Below are positions 1-9,086 of a stretch of 64,000 nt of DNA, one piece after another. The translations under genes and the position numbers were made by a program. Under the pieces are notes generated by a model. It had not been told where the DNA came from, made no database searches, and was given only the letters and a program-made list of their open reading frames with translations. The stretch is from Clostridia bacterium. GTDB lineage: Bacteria > Bacillota > Clostridia > Christensenellales > Borkfalkiaceae. The DNA is taken from NCBI GenBank assembly GCA_017463325.1, contig JAFTPK010000005.1, positions 7,094-71,093 on the forward strand, written 5' to 3'. Each line of letters opens with the position of its first letter. The first letter of the stretch is position 1.

Positions 1-1
1 C

Positions 2-298
2 GTGGGGATTCCTAACTACGTAAAAACGATTGGTTCAAATTACTTCGCGGAGTTGGAAGTGGTCGTACAGAAGTTGAAAATGTATTTAATTCTCGACGAT
101 ATACCGATCAAGTATCAGGACAATGTTGCCACTAATGCAAATGTGTCTATTACCGGCGAGAAAGTGATAGTTAAAGGAAATGTTGGACAAGGAAACGAAA
201 CACATAAAGAAACAACAATATCCTTAAACAATTCCGCTGGAGAAAAGAAAAGCGGATTTTTAACTTGGATAAAAAGATTGTTCGGAGGACAAAAATAA
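2..298 (+). CDS. Hypothetical protein, C-terminal 98 aa (5' end outside window)
   Basis: Open frame runs from the window edge. Its TAA stop (296-298) overlaps the mod ATG (298-300) as TAATG, implying translational coupling. No motif recognised. Confidence 0.5.
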   Translation: MGIPNYVKTIGSNYFAELEVVVQKLKMYLILDDIPIKYQDNVATNANVSITGEKVIVKGNVGQGNETHKETTISLNNSAGEKKSGFLTWIKRLFGGQK

Positions 299-2268
299 TG
301 GATAAATTGAAAATGATGTCTATGGATAAAGTTCAGGCAAATATAGAAAAAATCAAGGCGTTATTTCCTAACGCCGTAACCGAAGTTATAAGAAACGGCG
401 AACCTACACTTGCCGTAGATTTTGACGTTCTTAAACAAGAAATGAGCGACATTCTTATTGACGATAAAGAAGAACGCTATCAGTTTACTTGGCCCGACAA
501 AAAGAAGTCGATTCTCCTTGCAAATGCTCCTGTATCCGCAACGCTCCGCCCTTGTAGAGAAGAAAGCGTTGACTTTGATACTACCGAAAACCTTTATATC
601 GAAGGTGACAATCTTGATGTACTTAAACTCTTACAGGAAACATATCTTGGCAAGATAAAATTGATTTATATTGATCCCCCATATAATACGGGAAATGATT
701 TTGTATATAACGATGATTTTTCCGAAAGTTCAGAAAAATATATTTCAGAAAGCGGACAATATGACGAACAAGGAAACCGTTTGGTTCACAACACAGAAAG
801 TAATGGTCGTTTTCATACGGACTGGTTAAATATGCTATATCCCCGTTTGAAAATAGCTAAAGATTTACTCGCAGAGGACGGCATAATCTTCATAAGTATT
901 GACGATAACGAACAAGCCAATCTTAAAAAAATTTGCGATGAGATATTTGGTGTAGATAATTTCGTCAACACTGTTGCGTTGGAAATCACTCCTTCAAGCG
1001 GTGTAAAGCGCGCACACAAAGATAAAATGTATATTAAAAATACAGAATTTTTGCTCGTATATCGCAAGAGTGAAATACTCAGAATTAAACCGCTTTATGA
1101 CGAATGGTTGAATTTCGATAAGCATTACTCTCTCTATTTTGACGGTACGCGCTATTGTCCCTTGTCCGAGAAAATTAAAACTCTTGGCTCTCAATATTCT
1201 GGTATCAAAATTGATTACTATATGTATTTTGAAACCATAAAGAATTTCATCATACAAAATAGTGATAAAATTTATAGAACACACGACGCTTCTAAATGGG
1301 CAACATCGTCAGTATCAGAAAGCGACGTAATATATAATGGAGAACGAAAGATTTTCAAAGTTCACAACCCGTCAGACATACAAGAGTATGAACTTTTAAT
1401 AGAAATAGGCGTTAATAAATACAATCGCCTTGAACCTTTATCTTGGAATTTAATTGACGGTAACATTAAAACATTGAGAGGTAATTTGTGGCTTGATTTT
1501 GATAAGGATATGGGTAACGTATCCAAAGAGGGAGATATACCTTATCCCAATGGAAAAAAGCCGGTTCGCTTATTGACAGATATTATATCTTCCACAACAA
1601 ACGATGGTGATATTGTGTTAGATTTCTTTTCTGGTTCAGCAACGACAGCTCATGCTACTATGCAAATAAACGCACAACAAGGTACACATAGAAAATTTAT
1701 TATGGTACAACTCCCCGAAGTAATTAACTACGAAAACAAAGACAATGTGAAGTATTACAAGTCTTATGGCTTTACAACTATTTGCGATTTGGGAAAAGAA
1801 CGCATAAGAATTGCAGGTAAAAAGATAAAAGCAGAAAACGCTTTGACGGCTCCTATGCTCGATACCGGATTCCGTGTTCTTAAACTCGATAGCAGTAATA
1901 TGAAAGACGTATTCTATCGTCCCGGTGATTTTAGACAGGACATGCTTTCTATGCTTGAGAGCAATATCAAAGAAGATCGCTCCGCCCTTGACCTACTGTT
2001 CCAAGTTATGCTTGAACTCGGCAAGCCGCTTTCCGCAAAGATTGAAGAAAAAGAGATTGCGGGCAAACACGTGTTTATCGTTGACGAAAACGACCTTATT
2101 GCTTGTTTTGACGAGAACGTTACGTCCGAAGTTGTAAAAGCTATCGCCGAAATGAAGCCGCTTTACGCTGTATTCCGTGACAACTCTCTTTCCAGCGATT
2201 CCGTTGCGGCGAACTTCGACCAGATATTTGCTACATACTCTCCGAACACAACAAGGAAGGTATTGTAA
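298..2268 (+). CDS. mod: Type III restriction-modification methyltransferase (Mod), N6-adenine beta-class
   Basis: Motif IV IYIDPPYNTG lies upstream of motif I DFFSGSATTAHA (beta-class order). HTDWLNMLYPRL and PNGKKPVRLL are typical of the Mod/PF01555 family. GGAGGA RBS at 283-288. Start chosen at the in-frame ATG at 298 rather than the track start at 265. Confidence 0.9.
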   Translation: MDKLKMMSMDKVQANIEKIKALFPNAVTEVIRNGEPTLAVDFDVLKQEMSDILIDDKEERYQFTWPDKKKSILLANAPVSATLRPCREESVDFDTTENLYIEGDNLDVLKLLQETYLGKIKLIYIDPPYNTGNDFVYNDDFSESSEKYISESGQYDEQGNRLVHNTESNGRFHTDWLNMLYPRLKIAKDLLAEDGIIFISIDDNEQANLKKICDEIFGVDNFVNTVALEITPSSGVKRAHKDKMYIKNTEFLLVYRKSEILRIKPLYDEWLNFDKHYSLYFDGTRYCPLSEKIKTLGSQYSGIKIDYYMYFETIKNFIIQNSDKIYRTHDASKWATSSVSESDVIYNGERKIFKVHNPSDIQEYELLIEIGVNKYNRLEPLSWNLIDGNIKTLRGNLWLDFDKDMGNVSKEGDIPYPNGKKPVRLLTDIISSTTNDGDIVLDFFSGSATTAHATMQINAQQGTHRKFIMVQLPEVINYENKDNVKYYKSYGFTTICDLGKERIRIAGKKIKAENALTAPMLDTGFRVLKLDSSNMKDVFYRPGDFRQDMLSMLESNIKEDRSALDLLFQVMLELGKPLSAKIEEKEIAGKHVFIVDENDLIACFDENVTSEVVKAIAEMKPLYAVFRDNSLSSDSVAANFDQIFATYSPNTTRKVL

Positions 2269-3236
2269 TGAATGAACACGTTGCGTTCTTAAAACTTGTT
2301 CACGAGGCATTTAATAAACATGTTTTGGAATATTTTAGTGATGATAGCCAATCGGTTACTCACTATACTTCTCCTAATGGGTTTATTAGCATTATATCAA
2401 ACCAAGAATTATGGTTTGGTAATATTAAAAACGTGAATGATATTACCGAAATTGACTATGCGTTTCGCAAAATAATATATCCGTGTGTTAGAAAATTCAA
2501 ATTTCAAGATACAACATTGAATGATAGAATAATTACGCTTCTGGCACCTTTGAGAAAAAGAGAATTTTCTTTTCCATACTCAGATGAGATAAAACTCAAT
2601 AAGGCGAGTATTTTCGTGTTGAGTACATGCCTTAAAGCAGATTCAACTATGTTATGGGAATTATATTGTAAAAATAGCAATAAAGAAGGATATTCTATAA
2701 CTTTGGATAAGGAGTGTTTGGTTGACAGTATAATATCATGTTCTCAAACCAAACCGAAAGAAGACGCGAAAGCAATCCATTATATACTCCGAGGCAAAGT
2801 CGTCTATGACGAACAAAAGCAAAATGAAATAGTTAATGATTATTTGGGGATTTTAGAGTATAACCTTGAAAAACAATCCACCGACAAGGCAAAACAAGAA
2901 ATCTTAAATATCTATGTGCAAAAATTTTTAATTATGGCTTTATTTATGAAAGATAGTGACTTTGATAAAGAACAAGAATATCGCTTCGTTGTTGTAGCTG
3001 ATGATGAAGCATTAGATTGTAATACAGAAAAAAAGCCGTATTTATTATTCAATTCAAACAACGGAGCCATAGTATCGAGATTGGTCTTTCCCTTTGAAAA
3101 AAGCATTATTCAAAGTGTTAATATAAGCCCATATATTACGGCCCCCCAAGCCGAAGAATTTGCTCGTTATTTTCTTGATAAAAACTCACTTAATTCAGTT
3201 AAAATAATTCAAGGAACTCCCAAAATGAGGAGGTAA
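2268..3236 (+). CDS. DUF2971-like protein inserted between mod and res
   Basis: N-terminal THYTSPNGFISIISNQELWFGNIKNVNDITE matches my recollection of the DUF2971 signature (hYTs...sIl....lw.s....NDp.E). The ATG overlaps the mod stop (TAATG). AAGGAAGG RBS upstream. Confidence 0.6.
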   Translation: MNEHVAFLKLVHEAFNKHVLEYFSDDSQSVTHYTSPNGFISIISNQELWFGNIKNVNDITEIDYAFRKIIYPCVRKFKFQDTTLNDRIITLLAPLRKREFSFPYSDEIKLNKASIFVLSTCLKADSTMLWELYCKNSNKEGYSITLDKECLVDSIISCSQTKPKEDAKAIHYILRGKVVYDEQKQNEIVNDYLGILEYNLEKQSTDKAKQEILNIYVQKFLIMALFMKDSDFDKEQEYRFVVVADDEALDCNTEKKPYLLFNSNNGAIVSRLVFPFEKSIIQSVNISPYITAPQAEEFARYFLDKNSLNSVKIIQGTPKMRR

Positions 3237-3244
3237 ATACTTAA

Positions 3245-6200
3245 ATGAAATTCAAGTTTAAGATACAAGAATATCAGACCGAAGCCGTAGAAGCGGTTAT
3301 AAAAACATTTGAGGGACAACCCTTTAATGACCGTGTATCGTATCTACGCGACGTCGGTAAACAAAAGACTTGGCAACAAGGTTCTTTGTTCAGCGAAGAT
3401 AATACCTTTTTCGATAGTGACGGTAGTGGCTTTGAAAATGCTCCTATCGAACTTTCCGATGAACGTTTGCTTGACAATATCAGAGCGTTACAGCTTGAGA
3501 ATAATATCAAGCAATCTCCCGCCCTGTCAAAGCCATTCGGTAACACCTGTCGTTGTGCTTTAGATATTGAAATGGAAACGGGAACCGGTAAAACCTATTG
3601 CTACATAAAAACTATTTTTGAACTCAACAAGCATTACGGTTGGAGCAAGTTTATTATTGTCGTTCCGTCTATTGCTATTCGTGAAGGTGTTAAGAAGTCT
3701 TTTGAGGTAATGGAAGATCACTTCTTCGAGCATTACGGGAAAAAGGCGCGCTATTTCATATACAATAGCAAGAACCTTAACCAGCTTGATAACTTCTCCG
3801 CGAGCAAAGATATTTACGTTATGATTATCAATGCTCAAGCATTTGCGTCGTCTTTGAAAGAAGGCGCAAAAAACGAAGCGGCGAGAATTATTTATAGCAA
3901 GCAGGACAGCTTCGGCAGCCGTCGTCCTATTGACGTTATATCGGCTAACCGTCCTATTGTAATTTTGGACGAACCGCAAAAACTCGGCGGCGACGCTACG
4001 CAGGCAAGTATAAAACTCTTTAAGCCCTTGTTCGCTCTTAACTATTCCGCAACTCATAAAGACGTACACAACCTTGTTTACGTTTTGGACGCTTTAGACG
4101 CTTATCAAAAGAAACTCGTTAAGAAAATCGAAGTAAAAGGTTTTGAACTTCGCAACTTGCGAGGTACAGACGGATTTATTTATCTTTCGCAGATATTACT
4201 CGATCCCAAAAAGCCGCCTATGGCCCGCTTAACGTTTGAAATCAACTACTCAAAAGGTATCAACCGAGAAACAAGAATTGTTCAGGTGAACGATAACCTT
4301 TACGAGATGTCTGCCGGCGGCAACATGCCCCCGTTGGAGCAATATAGAAACGGCTTTATTGTCAAAGAGATAAATCCCGTTAATAACACAATTACGTTCC
4401 TTAACGGTCAGGTCCTTGCCGTTGGAGAAGTTCGTGGCGATATATCCGAGCGTGATATGCGCCGTATCCAGATCAGAGAAACTATCCTTTCCCACTTTGA
4501 AAAAGAAGAAAAACTCTTTAATATGGGTATCAAGTGCCTGTCTCTGTTCTTTATTGACGAAGTTGCTCATTATCGTCAGTATGATGAGGACGGAAACGAG
4601 GTTCTGGGTGACTTCGGCGTTATGTTTGAACAAGAATATTTGAGCGTCCTTAACGACTATATAACTCTTATCGAAAGCCCTTACGTTGAATACTTAAAGA
4701 GCATTGACGTTAAAGATACACACAAGGGATATTTCTCTATTGACAAGAAGACGAATCGCGCCGTAAACTCCGTTGAAAAGAAAGGCGTTTGCGACGATAT
4801 TTCAGCTTATGAATTGATACTTAAAAACAAGGAACGTCTGCTTTCATTTGACGAACCCACACGCTTTATTTTCTCTCACTCTGCTCTCCGTGAGGGTTGG
4901 GATAATCCTAACGTATTCCAAATCTGCACGCTCAAGCAAAGCAATAGCGAAATAAACAAACGTCAAGAGGTTGGTCGTGGCATGCGTCTTTGCGTAAACC
5001 GCGCCGGCGATAGAATTGACGGTAGCGTACACGGTGTAAAGGTCCACGACATAAACGTACTTACGGTTATTGCAAGCGATAGCTATAAATCATTTGTCGG
5101 AGGATTGCAAAAGGAAATCAAAGATACCCTTTACGAAAGACCTACAAAAGCAACCAAAGAATATTTCGCAGGTAAAACCGTTAAAATTGACGGCGTAGCT
5201 CACGAAATAACCAAGCAAGAAGCCGTCCTTATTGAACGCTATCTTGGATTTAACGGTTATATCGACTATGACGGTAACGTTACGGATACTTACCGCGCTG
5301 CTCAAGAAACTGCGTCCTTTGCAGAACTTCCCACCGAACTCAAACCTATTGCAGAAGGCGTCCACAAGCTCGTTCAGGGTGTTTTCGACGAGAAAATCCT
5401 TGCAGAGATTATCGCACCGGCAAACAAGCCCAAGATCACCGAGAACGAACTCAACGAAAACTTTGCGAGAAAAGAATTTCAAGCGCTTTGGAAATATATC
5501 AATCACAAGTACGCTTATACAGTTTCTTTCGATAGCGAAGAACTGATTGCAAATTCAATTAAGGCGATAGACGATCAAATGTATGTAACTGAACTTACAT
5601 ACGTCCGTACTGTTGGTTCGCAAGGTAGGGATTCTCTCGACTTTACCGAAGGTAAAACGAAGACTACGACGCTTCACAATACGGGCGGTTCCAACGTCGA
5701 ATATGACCTTATCGGAAAGATTTGTCAAGGTGCAACACTCACAAGAAAAACTGTCGTAAAAATCTTGCAAGGTATCCGCCCTGATAAGTTTGCTATGTTC
5801 AAGATCAACCCCGAAGAATTTATATCAAAAGCGGTCAGATATATCAACGAACAAAAAGCAACTATGATTGTTGACGAGATTACCTATAATGTGACCGAAG
5901 AAGAACCGTATAGCAGCGACATTTTTACGGCAGAAAAAGGCGTTATCAACTTTGATAAAGCCGTAAAAGCGGAAAAGCACATAACCCCTTGGGTAGTAGT
6001 TGACAGCGATACCGAAAAGAAATTTGCTATTGATTTAGAGCGTAACGACGGCGACGTTTGCGTTTATGCAAAACTCCCCAGAACATTCAAAATTCCTACT
6101 CCTGTCGGAGATTATTCGCCAGACTGGGCTATTGCTTTCTACGAAGGTAAAGTTAAGTATATCTACTTTATCGCCGAAACAAAAGGTAGTATGGAATCCT

Positions 6201-6331
6201 TACAACTCAAGAAAATGGAGAGTGCAAAAATCAGTTGTGCAAAGAAGCTCTTTGCGGGATTAAATAACGGAACCGTCCATTATGACGTTGCGGACACTTA
6301 TCAGCATTTAATGGATATAATGAACAAATAA
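3245..6331 (+). CDS. res: Type III restriction enzyme, Res subunit (SF2 helicase plus PD-(D/E)xK nuclease)
   Basis: Helicase motif I METGTGKTY, motif II ILDEPQK and motif VI-like QEVGRGMRL. C-terminal nuclease motif PDWAIAF...FIAETKG. The N-terminus FKIQEYQTEAVEAV is typical of Res. GAGGAGG RBS upstream. Confidence 0.9.
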   Translation: MKFKFKIQEYQTEAVEAVIKTFEGQPFNDRVSYLRDVGKQKTWQQGSLFSEDNTFFDSDGSGFENAPIELSDERLLDNIRALQLENNIKQSPALSKPFGNTCRCALDIEMETGTGKTYCYIKTIFELNKHYGWSKFIIVVPSIAIREGVKKSFEVMEDHFFEHYGKKARYFIYNSKNLNQLDNFSASKDIYVMIINAQAFASSLKEGAKNEAARIIYSKQDSFGSRRPIDVISANRPIVILDEPQKLGGDATQASIKLFKPLFALNYSATHKDVHNLVYVLDALDAYQKKLVKKIEVKGFELRNLRGTDGFIYLSQILLDPKKPPMARLTFEINYSKGINRETRIVQVNDNLYEMSAGGNMPPLEQYRNGFIVKEINPVNNTITFLNGQVLAVGEVRGDISERDMRRIQIRETILSHFEKEEKLFNMGIKCLSLFFIDEVAHYRQYDEDGNEVLGDFGVMFEQEYLSVLNDYITLIESPYVEYLKSIDVKDTHKGYFSIDKKTNRAVNSVEKKGVCDDISAYELILKNKERLLSFDEPTRFIFSHSALREGWDNPNVFQICTLKQSNSEINKRQEVGRGMRLCVNRAGDRIDGSVHGVKVHDINVLTVIASDSYKSFVGGLQKEIKDTLYERPTKATKEYFAGKTVKIDGVAHEITKQEAVLIERYLGFNGYIDYDGNVTDTYRAAQETASFAELPTELKPIAEGVHKLVQGVFDEKILAEIIAPANKPKITENELNENFARKEFQALWKYINHKYAYTVSFDSEELIANSIKAIDDQMYVTELTYVRTVGSQGRDSLDFTEGKTKTTTLHNTGGSNVEYDLIGKICQGATLTRKTVVKILQGIRPDKFAMFKINPEEFISKAVRYINEQKATMIVDEITYNVTEEEPYSSDIFTAEKGVINFDKAVKAEKHITPWVVVDSDTEKKFAIDLERNDGDVCVYAKLPRTFKIPTPVGDYSPDWAIAFYEGKVKYIYFIAETKGSMESLQLKKMESAKISCAKKLFAGLNNGTVHYDVADTYQHLMDIMNK

Positions 6332-6350
6332 AACTTTAAGGAGGTGTTTT

Positions 6351-7169
6351 ATGGCAAGGCGAAGAAAATCTGACGATCCGCTTGTATGGGTATTTACAAT
6401 TTTGCTTCTTATTCCAATCGGTGCATTTTGGCTCCTAAAACAACTTGCAACGCTTGTTTCCGTTGGCGTAAAAAAGAGTAATGCCAAAAGGACGAGTAGA
6501 TCGAATTACTCTCGTAGTAGTACCACAAATAAGACACGCTCCATTCCGTATAAAGCCAACACGTCACAATCCACACAACAAACTCAAAATAGAACAACTA
6601 CTAAAACAAAAACTGCGAATACTTCAAAAACATATTCTGGTGAAAACAAAATATCCTTATATGAGGCGTTACGTATTCCCGGCGATCCCGATCCAGCTTT
6701 CGGAGGTTGTACTTGCTTTGTAAACGTATCAAACACAAATAACACTACTACTTATCAAGGCAATACAACCACCGACTACGACGAATATGAGGAAGAATAC
6801 GACACCGAAGAAATGGAAGATTTCAACGGAGATATGGATATAGACGAAGAAGACGCTATTTTAATGGGCTTGGCTGTCCACGATATGTTCACAAAGCACA
6901 AAGACGAAGAAGACGAAGATAACTTTTATGAAGACGATTCTGATTATAGTTGGGAAACTCATTGTGAATACTGCGGCGAATTACTTGAAGATTGTGTATG
7001 TGACCATAGACACGAGAGCCACGAAGCAATAAGTTTATGGGATTGCGGTTGCGACGATGATGATGACTGGGGTTCGTCAGGTAGAGATAATGACGACGGT
7101 TGGGGTTCTTCAAGCCGTGATGATGACCGTGACGGTCTTGCGGATTTTGACGAGTTCAGATCATTTTAA
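6351..7169 (+). CDS. Membrane-anchored protein with a basic S/T/N-rich linker and a hyper-acidic Cys/His-rich C-terminus (unknown function)
   Basis: One N-terminal TM helix (VWVFTILLLIPIGAFWLL). A K/S/T/N/Q low-complexity stretch follows, then a D/E-rich region with CEYCGELLEDCVCDHRHESH and a tandem DDDWGSSGRD / DDGWGSSSRD repeat. AAGGAGG RBS lies 19 nt after the res stop, with no terminator in between. Confidence 0.6.
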   Translation: MARRRKSDDPLVWVFTILLLIPIGAFWLLKQLATLVSVGVKKSNAKRTSRSNYSRSSTTNKTRSIPYKANTSQSTQQTQNRTTTKTKTANTSKTYSGENKISLYEALRIPGDPDPAFGGCTCFVNVSNTNNTTTYQGNTTTDYDEYEEEYDTEEMEDFNGDMDIDEEDAILMGLAVHDMFTKHKDEEDEDNFYEDDSDYSWETHCEYCGELLEDCVCDHRHESHEAISLWDCGCDDDDDWGSSGRDNDDGWGSSSRDDDRDGLADFDEFRSF

Positions 7170-7181
7170 GCGAGGTTTATT

Positions 7182-7868
7182 ATGGGAAAAGAAGTTATAA
7201 TACCACAAGGAACTTATAAAGTGGGTAGAGATTTACCTGCTGGCGTATATCTTGTTTCGGCATTAAATGATTTAAGTTTTGTTACTATTGACAACGAAAA
7301 TGATGATTCAAGATACGACCATTATTCATTAGACGATGATAATACTAAACAATGTCGTTTTGAAGTCTTAAAAGGCGATACACTAAAAATAGAAGGCAAA
7401 GCGAAAATTAAACGAGTTACAGAATTTGCCGTGAATGTTGGGAATGTGGAAATACCCCGAACATACTCCGTTGGAACTAACGAATCCGTTTATATAGGCA
7501 AGACTATAAGTGACCAATGGAACATAAATATAAATAAGTTTTATGATAATGCTCGATCACGTCTATATAGAGGTTCCGAATATATGCGAAACGGAAAAGT
7601 TCAAAACCTACTGATCGGCAAAGGTATTATTACCGCGCAAGTTTGCGGAAGTGAAAACACGCCATATAACGTCACAATCCGTATTGCTACTACGAACAAT
7701 TCAAAAAATTTACTCCCTACAAAAGAGCAGATTTCGTTTGAATGTGATTGTCCTGACAGCGCAAAACCTTGTAAACATATCGCTGCCGTTTTATATTCTG
7801 TGGCAAACGAACTCAAAGAAAATCCGTATGTATTAAACTATTTAAGAAATGTTCCTATTTCAAAATAA
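7182..7868 (+). CDS. SWIM zinc-finger domain protein
   Basis: The C-terminal half reads YRGSEYMRNGKV...AQVCGSENTPYNVTI...FECDCPDSAKPCKHIAAVLY, which is the CxCx(n)CxH SWIM signature with its usual upstream beta region. There is a 12-nt gap after the previous gene, with a GAGG RBS. Confidence 0.7.
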   Translation: MGKEVIIPQGTYKVGRDLPAGVYLVSALNDLSFVTIDNENDDSRYDHYSLDDDNTKQCRFEVLKGDTLKIEGKAKIKRVTEFAVNVGNVEIPRTYSVGTNESVYIGKTISDQWNININKFYDNARSRLYRGSEYMRNGKVQNLLIGKGIITAQVCGSENTPYNVTIRIATTNNSKNLLPTKEQISFECDCPDSAKPCKHIAAVLYSVANELKENPYVLNYLRNVPISK

Positions 7869-7889
7869 TTATATTTTAACAAAGAAAAA

Positions 7890-7930
7890 CAATCACTTTC
7901 ACTTTATTAAATGGAAGTGATTGTTTTATT
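7890..7930 (+). terminator. Rho-independent terminator ending the six-gene R-M operon
   Basis: The stem CAATCACTT / AAGTGATTG can be extended by A:T pairs to 13 bp. The loop is 16 nt and is followed by TTTTATT. This is the first hairpin plus T-tract seen downstream of position 1. Confidence 0.6.
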
Positions 7931-7949
7931 CATAAAAAAGTGCTATAAT
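7921..7949 (+). promoter_or_regulatory. Sigma-A-type promoter for the WYL regulator gene
   Basis: -35 TTGTTT (7921-7926), 17-nt spacer, extended -10 TGcTATAAT (7941-7949). It lies 24 nt upstream of the AGGTGG RBS and the ATG at 7973, and overlaps the preceding terminator arm. Confidence 0.5.
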
Positions 7950-7972
7950 GTTGCATAGAAAGGTGGTGAATT

Positions 7973-8953
7973 ATGGCACACGATAGCGAACAAAAAATCA
8001 AGCTCCTTGTCCTTTATGATATACTTTGTCGGCTCACGGACGAAAATCACGCCCTTAATACCGACGAACTCATAGAAGAACTTGGAAAACAAGGAATAAA
8101 AGCGTCCCCGCGAGTGTTAACCCGTGATATTGAATTACTTAACTCTCACGGATACGAGATACTTTCCTACAAGAAAAAATATTACTATTATTACGTTGTT
8201 AATCGTCATTTCGATAGCGCCGAAATAGCCATGCTCGCCGATGTAGTAAAGGCATCGAAATTAAGCTCTGGACAGAAAAGTTCTCTTATAAAGAAGCTCT
8301 CCGATATGGTGGGTAGTTATCAAGCGGAATCCCTTTCAAAACACATTATCAACTGTGATACCCCCAAGCGTTCAAATAGCCATATAATTTATAGCATTGA
8401 CGCGATTGACCGCGCTATAAGCGAAAGAAAAAAAGTTTCATTTCTTTACTATTCGCTTGACGCCAAAAAGAATAAAGTTTATAGAAAAGACGGCAATAGA
8501 TACATAACGAATCCGCTTGTAATGGTCTGGAATAAGGACAACTATTACCTTATTACCTACCCGGATCGACACGACGGAACAACCACCTATCGTATAGACC
8601 GTATGGAAAGCGTTAAGGTTGAAGACGCTGACATTGTTGAGAAAGCGGAATTTGCGAACTTCGATATAGAAAAATATCGCACACAAGTATTCTCTATGTT
8701 TGGTGGCGAGGTTCATACCGTAGAAATGCAGTTCGTCGAAGAAATGATAGACGATATGTATGATAAATTCGGGGAAGAAATCCGTATTATGCCCGGCACA
8801 GACGGAACATTCAGAGTTAAGGTTCCTATTCAAATAAGCCCCACGTTCTTCTCTTGGGTTGCCGGATCCTGCGGAAAGGTTCATATTCTTTCCCCCAGAA
8901 CCATAAACGAACAATTCAAAGAATTTGTTGAAAAGATTAAAAACGCCTATTAA
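7973..8953 (+). CDS. HTH-WYL domain transcriptional regulator (BrxR/CapW/PafBC-like architecture)
   Basis: N-terminal winged HTH (LLVLYDILCRLTDENHALNTDELIEELG...). Central WYL-domain pattern VSFLYYS...NPLVMVWNKDNYYLITYP...TYRIDRMESVKV. A C-terminal extension follows. Confidence 0.8.
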   Translation: MAHDSEQKIKLLVLYDILCRLTDENHALNTDELIEELGKQGIKASPRVLTRDIELLNSHGYEILSYKKKYYYYYVVNRHFDSAEIAMLADVVKASKLSSGQKSSLIKKLSDMVGSYQAESLSKHIINCDTPKRSNSHIIYSIDAIDRAISERKKVSFLYYSLDAKKNKVYRKDGNRYITNPLVMVWNKDNYYLITYPDRHDGTTTYRIDRMESVKVEDADIVEKAEFANFDIEKYRTQVFSMFGGEVHTVEMQFVEEMIDDMYDKFGEEIRIMPGTDGTFRVKVPIQISPTFFSWVAGSCGKVHILSPRTINEQFKEFVEKIKNAY

Positions 8954-8956
8954 ACT

Positions 8957-8990
8957 AATACTCTCGGCACAGACCGAGAGTATTTTTTTG
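8957..8990 (+). terminator. Rho-independent terminator
   Basis: Perfect 11-bp stem AATACTCTCGG / CCGAGAGTATT with a 6-nt loop, running into a T7 tract. Confidence 0.75.
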
Positions 8991-9040
8991 AAAAAAATTA
9001 AAAAATGTTTTTTCAATGTCGATTTATGGACGGTGAAAAT

Positions 9041-9069
9041 TTGAAAAAAGGAAAATCTTATGGTATAAT
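9041..9069 (+). promoter_or_regulatory. Near-consensus sigma-A promoter for the LexA-like repressor gene
   Basis: -35 TTGAAA (9041-9046), 17-nt spacer, extended -10 TGgTATAAT (9061-9069). Confidence 0.6.
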
Positions 9070-9086
9070 ACGGACACTTCCTAAAT

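Noticed and set aside
298-2268. Phase-variable simple-sequence repeat in the type III mod gene
   Set aside because: I scanned the 5' region and body of mod for long homopolymers or tetra/pentanucleotide tandem repeats, as seen in phasevarion mod genes. I found none beyond short A-runs.
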